64,000 nucleotides of DNA from Nemertoderma westbladi (lineage: Eukaryota > Animalia > Xenacoelomorpha): the NCBI GenBank assembly GCA_032718475.1, contig JAUCBJ010007336.1, positions 1-64,000 of the forward strand, in the 5' to 3' direction. Made by a program: the position numbers and the translations under genes. The notes under the pieces were generated by a model. It made no database searches, was not told the DNA's origin, and was given only the letters and a program-made list of their open reading frames with translations. Positions 1 to 10,319 of the stretch are shown piece by piece. Positions within the stretch are counted from its first letter, which is position 1, and every line of letters begins with the position of its first letter.

Positions 1-782
1 CAGTCACAATGGTTATCAGTCACAATCATACACAATACTGCACAATGCTGCACACTAATCTGCCGACCTTCACTAATTTTAGTCACATATAAAGAGAACA
101 ACAGGCAATACCTGTAGGGCCTATAAAATAGCATTAGATTCACTTCAAACCACTTAATGTAAGTCGCAATCGTTATATGTAACCGGTCTCTCTAACCTTT
201 AGTATATCAAGAAGATTGGGGTGTCTGATTATTTATCAGTATTCCAAATATAATATTCCATCAACAAATATAATGAATAACCGACAGTAAAAGCAGTAAA
301 ATGTTAAGGTATAAATTGATATGATCGATTTGGTTAGATAACAGATATACATTCTATAATTAAGCCTACTAATGTTGGGCTAAAGACTGAAACGCGGAGG
401 TTCCAAAGCCGGTGTTGTAGGCTGTGGACAAAATCACATACTGACTCAACTCCACGAGTTTCTATATACAATCTCCAACACAGAGGCAAAAAACGCTCTG
501 ATTGGTCGACCGAACAAAGAAGGAACAGAGAACAAAGAAAAGCTCCACGTGTACAGCTCAGCTGTTAGCCGTCGTCATGGTAGCTACACTGTTTCAAGAG
601 GATCCGGCGTATTGCGTCATAAAATTGTTAATTATGTCCGCTAAAGTACACATACAGCAGAAATGGCTTTTATGTCCTCTAAAACAACAGTACAGTAAGG
701 ACACGGCCTTTTATGCCTGTTAAACCAACTACAGAGTACTTTACGGGGAAAATAACCGGCTAATTACGCAAAAGCCTTTACA
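1..782 (-). repeat. 3' LTR of copy A (partial)
   Basis: Matches 14554-15338 with scattered mismatches and small indels. Begins TG on the minus strand directly after a purine tract. Contains a CCAAT box (GACCAATCAGAG, ~495-506) that is conserved in the other LTRs. Confidence 0.92.
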
Positions 783-790
783 CCGCTCCC
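783..790 (-). promoter_or_regulatory. Polypurine tract (GGGAGCGG) abutting the 3' LTR
   Basis: Minus strand reads ...TTCTGGGAGCGG|TGTAAAGG, the expected PPT position. Confidence 0.75.
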
Positions 791-860
791 AGAAAATGGG
801 ATTTAAGTCTATAAAATATAACAAATCACAGTTTCTAAAATATAAAAATACTCTAAACAG

Positions 861-2369
861 TTAGTCTTTCTTACGCGGACGGTGTTTACACAGTTTTTTG
901 AGGCTAGCAAGAGTCCTTTTCTCTTTGGGGCGAGCCACTTTACTAGGAGGGCTGTAACTCCTGGGTGAAGGGTGCAATACAATTGCATCAGAAGGTTTAG
1001 GATTACGATCGGTATATCCGCCGGTCGAGGTACCTGGTTGATCGATATCAACTTCAGTGGAGCGAGGTCTAATGGCCTTTAGGGCGCGTCTTAGGACAGC
1101 AGCTCCTACGGGTCCTTGACGGGTCGTCTGGACAATGGCGGTAGGTGGACCGTGAGTGGTGAGAAACTTCCTTGGTTTAATGGTTCTTTCTAGCTCGCGT
1201 TCTCGGGCTCGATATTCGTAGGGCTGTCGAGATACTTCCTGTAACTCAGGGTGCGAGTTGATAAATAAATCGCCATACTCAGGGTCTTGACGGATGAAAT
1301 TGATCAAATGATATGAAGTAATATCGTTAGGATTGACGTTCCTAAGATATTTTCGAACAAATTTGGTGGAAATACACTCACCAACACGCTTCATTAGTTC
1401 GTAACTTGGTGTGCGTGTTTTTTGTTCCACAGACGCGAATAAATAAGGATGGAACGCGTAAACTCCCTCGTAAGAGCGTCCAGGGTAGTAACGATGGCGG
1501 GACTCACAATGTAAATCCGCGTTCGCTTCCCAAGCTCGGATGTAGCGCAGGGTAATCATCTCATCTACGCTTTCTAAATCGCGGTTAAAGGGGCAATTAT
1601 AACTGGCATGTCCTTTAAGTTGACAGTGGTGACATTGGGTCATAAATTGGGGGCAGACTGCAAAAATATGCGAGTTATTAAGTCTGCAATACGCACAATA
1701 GATCTCCATCATTGGCTGTTCGTGGAAATAGGAGCAGGGTACGTCTGAGTCCATAGGGGTGAAATGGTCTCTCGATGCGCATAATCGACAACGTTTTCGA
1801 GAAACATAGTTGGCGTGTCGATAATCGTATGCGGTGAGACATTGTAGACCTTGATACCACTCTAAGACGTAATCGTTATCGCTGCTCCGGGGCGCTGTAG
1901 GCTGGATCGCTTCAGACTCTAAGCAGATTGGTTCGTCTTCCAATTGCATAGTTGAGGTAGGTGCGGCTGTCTCCGCAAGCGGACCCACTGTCTGAACTTC
2001 CACGACAGAATAACCTGTGGGTATTCGGGGTCTTTGTATAACAGATGAATGTAAGTTCCGTATACAAACGTCCTGAAAGAGAGCAAATCCCGCGCTATTT
2101 AGCTTCTCCGCAGCTGAGTCTCTTAGGCTGAGTTTGGTCAGAGCGCGGTCCTTGAACTGACTATCAACGTTACGGAACGGAGTCAGAAAGCGCCTGAAAC
2201 ATTCGAAGCGGATGAATTTATTGTGTTCATCTAACTTGGCGAGTTTGGTTCCAAGTATTAAGGGATGGGCGCGTATGGTACGACTGCACACATTGGCGAG
2301 CCAACCGGCAAGTGCTGCGTTTTCAAAGATCGTGTATATAGCTAAGGAGGGATGAAGTGGAACACTCAT
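861..2369 (-). CDS. Retrotransposon accessory protein with three CCHC-type Zn knuckles and a basic C-terminus
   Basis: Open frame of ~500 aa (first ATG 2369; frame is open somewhat further upstream). Motifs CRLC-x4-H-x9-C, CAYC-x5-H-x4-C and CHHC-x4-H-x4-C. K/R-rich end. The last ~115 aa are conserved in copy B (21167-21515). Confidence 0.75.
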   Translation of the reverse strand: MSVPLHPSLAIYTIFENAALAGWLANVCSRTIRAHPLILGTKLAKLDEHNKFIRFECFRRFLTPFRNVDSQFKDRALTKLSLRDSAAEKLNSAGFALFQDVCIRNLHSSVIQRPRIPTGYSVVEVQTVGPLAETAAPTSTMQLEDEPICLESEAIQPTAPRSSDNDYVLEWYQGLQCLTAYDYRHANYVSRKRCRLCASRDHFTPMDSDVPCSYFHEQPMMEIYCAYCRLNNSHIFAVCPQFMTQCHHCQLKGHASYNCPFNRDLESVDEMITLRYIRAWEANADLHCESRHRYYPGRSYEGVYAFHPYLFASVEQKTRTPSYELMKRVGECISTKFVRKYLRNVNPNDITSYHLINFIRQDPEYGDLFINSHPELQEVSRQPYEYRARERELERTIKPRKFLTTHGPPTAIVQTTRQGPVGAAVLRRALKAIRPRSTEVDIDQPGTSTGGYTDRNPKPSDAIVLHPSPRSYSPPSKVARPKEKRTLASLKKLCKHRPRKKD

Positions 2370-2918
2370 AAAGCTATACACGGCGCCAGGTGCGGTCAAT
2401 GGTCCATCAAAGTATAAACGAGAATAAGGATCTCCATATACTGTCTATATATCCGGACACCAATATGAGCATCCAGATTAATAGTAAGGGATGGGAGGTT
2501 TATTAAGAGGTGGTATAATCAATACCACGATACGGCAATGATTGGTCGATCGTTTCCCAAAGCTCCGAGCGCGTTGGGAAGAGAAGGTGGGATGAAGAAT
2601 GTTGTATTTTCAATAGCGATGTATAGAGGGATAAGGGAAGTAAAGAGGAGGGAGGATATATGGTAGTATCCATAAGATACCACAATGGACAAGTTTTCCG
2701 TCACGTCATCATTCATTCTTGCCTTTTAATTGTGACACTGATCACAATAATTACAGGAAAACAATGAAGGAAGAGAAATTTACAGCCTCCCGAAGGAGAC
2801 CGCCCGCGAGCACCCGTGCCCCGGGGAAAACTATTCACATTATGGACCCTGGACATTAACCCATGTCTCTTCTCCAGTGGTTCTCCTCTATTTGTCTTTA
2901 CAAGCCTTCTTCCACGTT

Positions 2919-3296
2919 CTATCTTTCGAGCTGATTTCGAATAGAATTCTCGTGTTCTATTCTCAGTTTATCGTTCCGACTCCGCTGGGTATGATATTTA
3001 AATAAAACCATTTCCCTTTCGGTGTCCACGTCGTCCGTATCGTGTAAATCGATAGGATGGCCAGTAGTTAAGAAGTCCATATACGTACCATTACGATGCG
3101 TATAGCGAGCGGTGAACTTTCTATAATCCAATTCACGCGTAAGTTGCTCCGGGGACATTGGCGGTTCGATATAACGACCATCATCTTCCGTCGTAGTTGG
3201 ACCAGCGTCGCCGCGTATCAAGCTATCGACAAACGCTTGTAAAGGTAGAGTATATCGCTCCCTGATACCAAGATCATCTTCTATCAACTCAGTCAT
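2919..3296 (-). CDS. First accessory ORF of copy A (MTELIEDDLG..., unknown function)
   Basis: 125-aa ATG ORF whose first ~100 aa are nearly identical to the 22237-22722 ORF of copy B, with several synonymous changes. Confidence 0.6.
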   Translation of the reverse strand: MTELIEDDLGIRERYTLPLQAFVDSLIRGDAGPTTTEDDGRYIEPPMSPEQLTRELDYRKFTARYTHRNGTYMDFLTTGHPIDLHDTDDVDTEREMVLFKYHTQRSRNDKLRIEHENSIRNQLER

Positions 3297-4114
3297 ATCT
3301 GCTATGAGTTTATCAATATTATAATGAGTTTATATATTAGGCTAGCGGGCGTCGCTGCCTACCCTTCTTTTGCCCCCGGACAGTGCAAGATCCTCAGCGC
3401 CGATGTACCGTCGTCGCTGTGCTTTCGCCAATGATTTAGCTACATAACGACAACGATAACCGGCACAAGTCACTCCACTGTCCGTCCCAAAGGCTTAGAT
3501 GTACTTCAGGTTCTTTCTGGAGAGTTAGGGCTACTTTCACAATTGCGACTCGCTACTGTAAACACACTTTAGCATCAGTAACATTCACCTATAAACGCAC
3601 AAATTCAACACAACCGTCACAAACTGTACACATTTGGGCCATTTGTCCGTTAGTCAGTACCTTCCAGAATGTCACTTTATTTATTATGTATCCTTGGATA
3701 CTAGCAGTGCGCTATTTATTCCCTATGCTATTCAATGGGGCAAGCTTTCTATTGTTCTTTTAACTCACTTCTAATTCTAGCGTGGTTGTTGCCATGGTGA
3801 CATTATGGAAAGCTAGTGGTAGAATTAGGATAATTCTCATGCATACAGATCTGGGATGCTATCTAATAGTAATTCTTTAATTGTCAATATCCTCTCTATA
3901 TATGATTTTATGAATTTTATCGGCTATTGACTATATATTGGAGATTCTCGCACACAAATACACTTAATAGAGTGAATCTCCGCTCCCATGATCTATTAAT
4001 TAATGGAATTTTGGGAATGTTATAAATTGTATAAAATGACAATTTATTAAATTCATTGAAATATATGAATTTAAATTTATTCCCGTAAATTTTATTATTT
4101 AATGTTAAATAGAC

Positions 4115-4400
4115 ACAATTTTATTCCAGAATGTGTCTGGGGACTGGGATCCTTGATTCTAGGAATTTTGTCCTTTTAAGAGTATCGGTAAGTGCTACGA
4201 TATCTTAATCGACTAGAATTTAAAGGATCTAAAATTTCGACAGATTTTATAAATATAAATAATTAATATTTAGGATGGGCACCAGTTTATTCCAGAACTT
4301 GTCTGGGGACGTTAACCACTGATTCTAGAATTTGTCTTTCAAGTATATCGGTGGGTGCTGCGATATCTTAATCGACTAGAATTACAGATGGTCAAAGGGT
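4115..4400. repeat. Diverged tandem duplication (~110-bp core, ~170-bp spacing) in the pol-accessory spacer
   Basis: TTTATTCCAGAA..GTCTGGGGAC...GATATCTTAATCGACTAGAATT occurs at ~4120 and ~4287. The same pair is in copy B (~23538, ~23770) and one unit is in copy C (~63880-63980). Confidence 0.8.
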
Positions 4401-4931
4401 TTAACAGATTTATTTTGCATTATACGCTACTGTTAAAAGGACATCACGCTACTATATGTATTATTTAATATACGGTATGAGAGCAATATCGCACGAAGCA
4501 ATGTCAGTGAGAAGAGGCAAGTCATTTCCAAGGTCTACCCAGAGCTTGGTTTAGCCGAGACACGAGGATCTGAATTTTGCATTCCTAATACTCTGCCTAC
4601 CAATAATACTTAATATAGTAGTGGCTTTATTGTACTTTAATAAGTACAGACATTTCATCTTACTGTAGTTACGTATTTGTAATGTAATACGGACAGTAAG
4701 GAAAGAGAAAAATAATTATTTCTCGCCATCGCACTAAATATATAATATATAAGTAATTAAGTAATAAATGCGAATATATATTGCACTAATCTACTAAATA
4801 ATCGCTAAAATAACGTTCTACTAAGTAAAATTAAAGAAAATGATTATAATAAAATTACATAATAATATATACATAAATATAAAAGAATAAAACAAATATA
4901 AAATCTAGTCATACACCCACTCCAGCCGTTG

Positions 4932-7900
4932 TTAGGTTGGGGAGTCCCTAGATGTTTGTTGGATTAGGGAGGTGGTCGTGGGAAGAGTATCTTGCCTCCC
5001 ATAGTTTCCGGAAAGTTCTCTGTCTCTTTCCAGTAAACATAAGCGACCAACTGGGCGATTGAGCTGCTGTGTCTCGAAGACAATTCCCGGTTTCTTGAAG
5101 TTACGTCGCATGACGACGAGTTCTACCGATCGCACCAAACCATCATCCGAGATGTGAGTCTCGATGATACGACCTGTCTGCCACCGCTTACGTGGAAGAT
5201 CTACATCCACAATAAGAACCATGTCTCCAGCGCTGACGTTTTCTTGCTGCGCAAACCACTTAGTTCGAAGTTGTAGCGTGGGCAGATAATGTTTTTCGAA
5301 ATGGTCAGCGAAACGACGGGATAACAACTGCATGAGTTGCCAAGTTTGCTGGCAGTATTTGTCTCCGTCTGTGATTTCCGATTGTGGGAGCATGGCTACA
5401 GGTTTCTTCAGTAGGAAGTGCGCGGGTGTTAGCGCTTCTAGGGAATCGGGATTCGATGAGACTGGCATAAGCGGTCTCTCATTGAGATAGGCGGCGAATT
5501 CCTCCATTAACGTCCGCAAAAGTTCGTTGGTGAGATACGCGCGGCATGGCACTATAAAGTGAAATGCGGTTTTCACACTTCTTATTAATCTCTCCCAACT
5601 TCCTCCCCACCAAGGGGCGTCGGCGGCGTTGAAGGTCCAGCTAGACGCTGTTACTCGTAGCTGATCGTCCACCTGTCTTTGGTTCCAATCTTTGACGTAA
5701 GCTTTGATTTCATTGTTGGCACCAATGAAGTTTGTTCCCTTATCAGATCTCATCGTGTTACTAGTACCAAAGCGAGCGATCTGTCGTCGTAAGCTTAATA
5801 GAAAGCTGTTGGTAGATAAATCGTTCACCATGTCGAGATGGATAGCTCTACAAGTCATACAAACAAAGATGACACACCATCTCTTGACTATAGTCCTAGC
5901 ACGATATACTTCAATAGGGCCAAATAAATCCACACCGGTATTAGTAAAGGGTGGTTCATAGAAGCTTACTCGTTCCCTAGGTAATTCTGCCTCTCGCTGT
6001 GTTAAAGGCCTACTGAATGCTTTCCTACAGGGTATGCAGTTCCTAAGAACTTGGTTCAGAGCTCTGCGGGGTTTATAAAAATAATAGCGAGTTCGAATTT
6101 CGCTAAGAACTCGTTCCCTACCAGCATGATAAAGTTTGCTGTGAACGTCTACAATCATCTTGACTTGTATTTCAAGATTTCTAATGAGTATGGGAAACTT
6201 AGTGTCAAAGGATAATGGAGCATTCGTTAATCTTCCTCCAACACGTATCAACCCATCTATCATTGTGCTAGAGAAACGATCCCTTAAGCGCATCTGTGGA
6301 TTTCTCAACAACAGGAAATACTTATCGGAATCCTCATAGCATTGCAGGAGTCTCAGCATCTGCTTGTTGGTTTCTTCATGCTCCTGATAACTGATCTTCT
6401 CCTTCAGAAACCTGTCGGGTATCTTATATTTGGGAAGATCTTTAATAACATGGACCTGCACTGATGTTATTGGAGTGGTATCACCTTTGGCCTTCATCCC
6501 GTAGTAGTGATGGTGAAAACATCTCTTTAAATATGTAACGGCCTTACAGAGCCGATTCCAGGAACTGTAGTGATGTATCGCTCTCTGCAGAAGAGGTGAG
6601 AGTCCTTGCGAGACATCTGGTATTCCAGATTTCCAATCCTTCTCACGGATTTCCACAACAAGTTTATTTGTGGCTGTGGGTTTCTGATCCAAAGCATCGT
6701 CTCCGGAAGTATGTAGTACTGACAGATCTACCATAGGTTTGAATAACTTCGATTTACTCGCCCGAGTTTTAGGTTTGACTTTCTCCGCTCCCTTGGCCTG
6801 TCTAATCTCTGTTGTAGTAAGATGAGGAGGCCATTCTTCTTCTTCTTTGTAGAGGAAGTCGGGTCCACCTAACCAGTCTGGAGTATCTACCAGTTCTTGT
6901 GGAGTTGCTCCCCTGGAGGCGATGTCTGCTGGATTAATCGTTCCGGGGCAATGTCTCCATTGATCCATCGTTGTGCGACTGAGTATAATGGCTACTCTGT
7001 TGGTAACGAAGACGCTGAACTGACAGACTTCATTGGTTATATACTCCAACACGAGTAAAGCATCGGTCCAATAGACAGTTTTCTCCAGTGGATAGTCGAT
7101 CTGTTCTGTTACATTCCGGCCGATGGCTGTAGCGTATAGAGCCGCCTTTAACTCCGCTCGAGGAACTTTCAACTTGTTGTTTATCAATGCCTTAGAGGTA
7201 ACCAAGGCGACTTTGATTCCGTCCGGAGTTTCCACCCTTAGGTAGGCTACTATACCTATTCCCATATCGCTGGCGTCTCCAAACACATGGAGTTGATAGG
7301 AATACGTAGGGAGAACATGACCAAAATATGAACGGGAAATTATAAAGTTCTCGATGGCTGGTAGAGAATCTTCCCATTTCATCCACTTCTTTAATAATTC
7401 TCCCTTAAGTGGATCGTCCCATGAGTGGTTTTCAAGCCACATTTGTTGTACTAAACTCCGAGCAATCAATATAACTGGGCTAATAAATCCCAATGGATCG
7501 AAATAAGTGCTCAGGATACTTAAACAAATCCGTTTAGTCCGAACTGGATTATCTCGCTGTTTTAGTTGGAAAAACAGGATATCTCTTTCGGTGTCCCATT
7601 TCAAACCAAGGGTCTTAGTTTCTGGGAGATCATCTTTTATTAGATCCAGGTCTTTCGCTCCTCGATCTTCTACCGGGATCGACTCCAGAAACTCACGGGA
7701 GTTGCTGGTGAATTTAGTTAATCGAAATCCACCTCTTTTTAAGCACTCTACCGTTCCTTTAGCGACGTCAATGGCTTCTTCGACTGATGGAAGGGACTTT
7801 AGATTGTCGTCCATGTATATATCCCGCTTGATGTTGTCAATCACCTCTTTAGAGAAGGCGTCTCGGTTGTCATCCGCAGTGGTGCGCACCACGGAACAGG

Positions 7901-10313
7901 CGTTTGAAGGGCTTGAGATTATCCCAAAAGCCTGGATGGTCATCCAGTACTCCACCGGTTTCTGGTTGAGGTCTCCTTCAGGCCACCACAGAAATCGTAG
8001 GCTGTCTCGATCCCTATCCAGCGCCTTGACTTGTAAGAACATGCCTTCTATATCTGAGGCGAAAGCAATTGAATATTGTCTTAATCTTAAGAGTATTCCC
8101 AACAAGGATTGGAGTAAGTTGGGTCCGGGTAACAATTCAGAATTAAGGGATTGGCCCATATAGAGGGCGGAGCCGTCAAACACCACTCGTACCTCATGGG
8201 GTTTACCGGGTTTGGGAACGTAATGGTGAGTTAAATAATACGTTCTCTCAGTTATAGGTGTTTCTTCCGGTACTAGCTCCGCATATCCCTTGCTAATAAA
8301 TTTCTTCAACTGCGTTTGATACATTTCTTTAGCTGAAGAATTTGCCGTAAGGCGTCGATGTAGTTGAGCAATTCTTTTCTCCGCCAAGGGTCTGTTGTTT
8401 ACGAACTTTGGTTCTCGCTTTCGGAAAGGTAGACCGATCTCATATCTACCTTGATCTTTAAGAAAACGTGTAGTTGTCTCTTGGATCTGCTTGGCTCTTT
8501 CTTCCTCTACCGATAGGGCCTTATCGTAGGAATTGGGCTCTACAGCCTCTTGAGTAAAGAATCGTACGGCGTGTTCATCCCGAGTCTTGGCATTATAACG
8601 TTCAATGACGTCATTAAGTTCGTCGTTATAGTCGTCTCGCTCTGATGGAAGAAGGAGCTGACATAAGTTCACTTGGTTTTGCCAAGTCTCGTTTTCCTTA
8701 AGGAGATCAATGGTATTCTCCTCGTCGAAAAGTTGGTGGACATCGTCATTATCTGAGGAGTATGGTGTTCCCTCAGTTGGATCATCTAACTCACTGCCCT
8801 CGACTTCCCATTCTCTCACTTGACATACCTGGTCTTTCGGTAATCTTTCCATGAGAGTTCTACGGGAAGGGCCAGTAAAGTACCACCCCACTCTAGTTCT
8901 TCCCGCATAAGCTTGTAGTGGTTGCGGTTGAGCGGGCCGTTTCTCCAATGTCTCGAGCGCTTCATGCGCGTTTTGACCGATGAGTATTTGCACTCCAGGG
9001 TAATCGGTGTTGAATCTAGGTATTTCCAGCTGCTGGGTGAAATCGTCCTCATCCCAGTTATAAGGTTCCACTTGGGTGGTAGCGAAGTTCTTTATCGCCA
9101 CCATTTTTACTGACCTTATACTATGTTCTCCTAGTTCATCCTGGGGGGTGGACAACGCACCTACATAATAATCCGCTATTACTGTAGATTTCCAAACCTG
9201 CATAATTCCTGACATGTTTAGCTTAGTTCGGAACTTGGGTTGTCCAGCAAAGATGTCTTCGGCTAGTTCTTTGTCGATGAATGTTCCTGTACTACCAGAG
9301 TCAAGGAGGGCGTTCACTACATAACTCCTTTTAGGTCCGTGGACCCTTACCTGTACTACAGGAAATTCTCGGATTCCTACATTGGAAGGTGGCGCTTTCC
9401 AAGATGGTTGTCGATCAGAAGTAGTTAGGGTGAGGTCGCTGTCTGTGTCTTTTTCATACGTAAGTGCTCGATACACTGCGGTATTTATCATGTAACAGGA
9501 TTCACCTTCGTCGGAGAATTCATCTGTATAGAATCCTTCCATCTCAGAACTTTGGTCAGTGTCGTTCACATCACTGAATTGGACATGTAGTTCGGAATCA
9601 CTTACCTGACTCTGGCTGTTTCGCTCAAATTCAGTGTGCAACAAGATATGATGTTTCGCACCGCACTTTGCACACCTTGTGTCGGAGTAACAGGTTCGCC
9701 GTTGGTGTCCTTGTCTGAGGCAATTATAACACAACCGCTTATCCCACATGACTTCCCGTCTCTCCATTAATGATTTCTTCAGGAATTCATCACACATATT
9801 CAAACGGTGGGTCCCGTCACATAGCGCACATTTCAGTTTGATGTTACTTACCTTATTTTGAATAACATTGTGCACATTCGTTCTTTCTTCGGGCTTTCTT
9901 ACCTGAATTATCTTAGGAGACGTAGGAGGAGTTTTTCTTACCTGTTCTCTCCTGTCATTGGTTCGAGACTTGAATTTACTTACCTGTTCTTTAGGCGTTT
10001 TATTGACATAATAAGATCTTTCAGTGTCTTTCCCGCTATCCTCTCCTTGAGAAGTCTGGCTTTCGCCGTCGTCTGTATAACACACAGGTGTTACCTTTCT
10101 CCTAGAAACGGGTTTCTCACTTACCTTGTTTTCTGGTGTCTTCTCTCTGGACTGTTTTAGGAGCTGTAATTTCACTTCTCCATCTAAGAATGACATGAGA
10201 TCAGCCATGGTAGGGTCTCGTCGTTGTTGTTCCATCATATATAACACTTTCTTATCCCAGCGTGTACCTACTCCACCCTTCGGTAAAGTAGAAGCCACGG
10301 CTCCAATAACCAT
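4932..10313 (-). CDS. BEL/Pao Gag C-terminus-Pol polyprotein (Zn knuckles, aspartic protease, RT, RNase H, integrase)
   Basis: CALC..H..C / CYNC..GH..C / CAKC..HH knuckles; LLDSGS protease; SDIEGMF and YMDD RT motifs; LHVFGDAS / PRAEL / YWTDA / NPAD RNase H; H-x4-H..CIPC, GVDLFGP, SDKGTNF and WGGSWER integrase. 1793 aa uninterrupted. Confidence 0.96.
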   Translation of the reverse strand: MVIGAVASTLPKGGVGTRWDKKVLYMMEQQRRDPTMADLMSFLDGEVKLQLLKQSREKTPENKVSEKPVSRRKVTPVCYTDDGESQTSQGEDSGKDTERSYYVNKTPKEQVSKFKSRTNDRREQVRKTPPTSPKIIQVRKPEERTNVHNVIQNKVSNIKLKCALCDGTHRLNMCDEFLKKSLMERREVMWDKRLCYNCLRQGHQRRTCYSDTRCAKCGAKHHILLHTEFERNSQSQVSDSELHVQFSDVNDTDQSSEMEGFYTDEFSDEGESCYMINTAVYRALTYEKDTDSDLTLTTSDRQPSWKAPPSNVGIREFPVVQVRVHGPKRSYVVNALLDSGSTGTFIDKELAEDIFAGQPKFRTKLNMSGIMQVWKSTVIADYYVGALSTPQDELGEHSIRSVKMVAIKNFATTQVEPYNWDEDDFTQQLEIPRFNTDYPGVQILIGQNAHEALETLEKRPAQPQPLQAYAGRTRVGWYFTGPSRRTLMERLPKDQVCQVREWEVEGSELDDPTEGTPYSSDNDDVHQLFDEENTIDLLKENETWQNQVNLCQLLLPSERDDYNDELNDVIERYNAKTRDEHAVRFFTQEAVEPNSYDKALSVEEERAKQIQETTTRFLKDQGRYEIGLPFRKREPKFVNNRPLAEKRIAQLHRRLTANSSAKEMYQTQLKKFISKGYAELVPEETPITERTYYLTHHYVPKPGKPHEVRVVFDGSALYMGQSLNSELLPGPNLLQSLLGILLRLRQYSIAFASDIEGMFLQVKALDRDRDSLRFLWWPEGDLNQKPVEYWMTIQAFGIISSPSNACSVVRTTADDNRDAFSKEVIDNIKRDIYMDDNLKSLPSVEEAIDVAKGTVECLKRGGFRLTKFTSNSREFLESIPVEDRGAKDLDLIKDDLPETKTLGLKWDTERDILFFQLKQRDNPVRTKRICLSILSTYFDPLGFISPVILIARSLVQQMWLENHSWDDPLKGELLKKWMKWEDSLPAIENFIISRSYFGHVLPTYSYQLHVFGDASDMGIGIVAYLRVETPDGIKVALVTSKALINNKLKVPRAELKAALYATAIGRNVTEQIDYPLEKTVYWTDALLVLEYITNEVCQFSVFVTNRVAIILSRTTMDQWRHCPGTINPADIASRGATPQELVDTPDWLGGPDFLYKEEEEWPPHLTTTEIRQAKGAEKVKPKTRASKSKLFKPMVDLSVLHTSGDDALDQKPTATNKLVVEIREKDWKSGIPDVSQGLSPLLQRAIHHYSSWNRLCKAVTYLKRCFHHHYYGMKAKGDTTPITSVQVHVIKDLPKYKIPDRFLKEKISYQEHEETNKQMLRLLQCYEDSDKYFLLLRNPQMRLRDRFSSTMIDGLIRVGGRLTNAPLSFDTKFPILIRNLEIQVKMIVDVHSKLYHAGRERVLSEIRTRYYFYKPRRALNQVLRNCIPCRKAFSRPLTQREAELPRERVSFYEPPFTNTGVDLFGPIEVYRARTIVKRWCVIFVCMTCRAIHLDMVNDLSTNSFLLSLRRQIARFGTSNTMRSDKGTNFIGANNEIKAYVKDWNQRQVDDQLRVTASSWTFNAADAPWWGGSWERLIRSVKTAFHFIVPCRAYLTNELLRTLMEEFAAYLNERPLMPVSSNPDSLEALTPAHFLLKKPVAMLPQSEITDGDKYCQQTWQLMQLLSRRFADHFEKHYLPTLQLRTKWFAQQENVSAGDMVLIVDVDLPRKRWQTGRIIETHISDDGLVRSVELVVMRRNFKKPGIVFETQQLNRPVGRLCLLERDRELSGNYGRQDTLPTTTSLIQQTSRDSPT

Positions 10314-10319
10314 AGAACT

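Noticed and set aside
861-2716. env gene interpretation of the post-pol ORFs
   Set aside because: The long ORF has no signal peptide, fusion peptide or C-terminal TM anchor; the mildly hydrophobic 65-aa ORF at 2519-2716 is short and absent from copy B.
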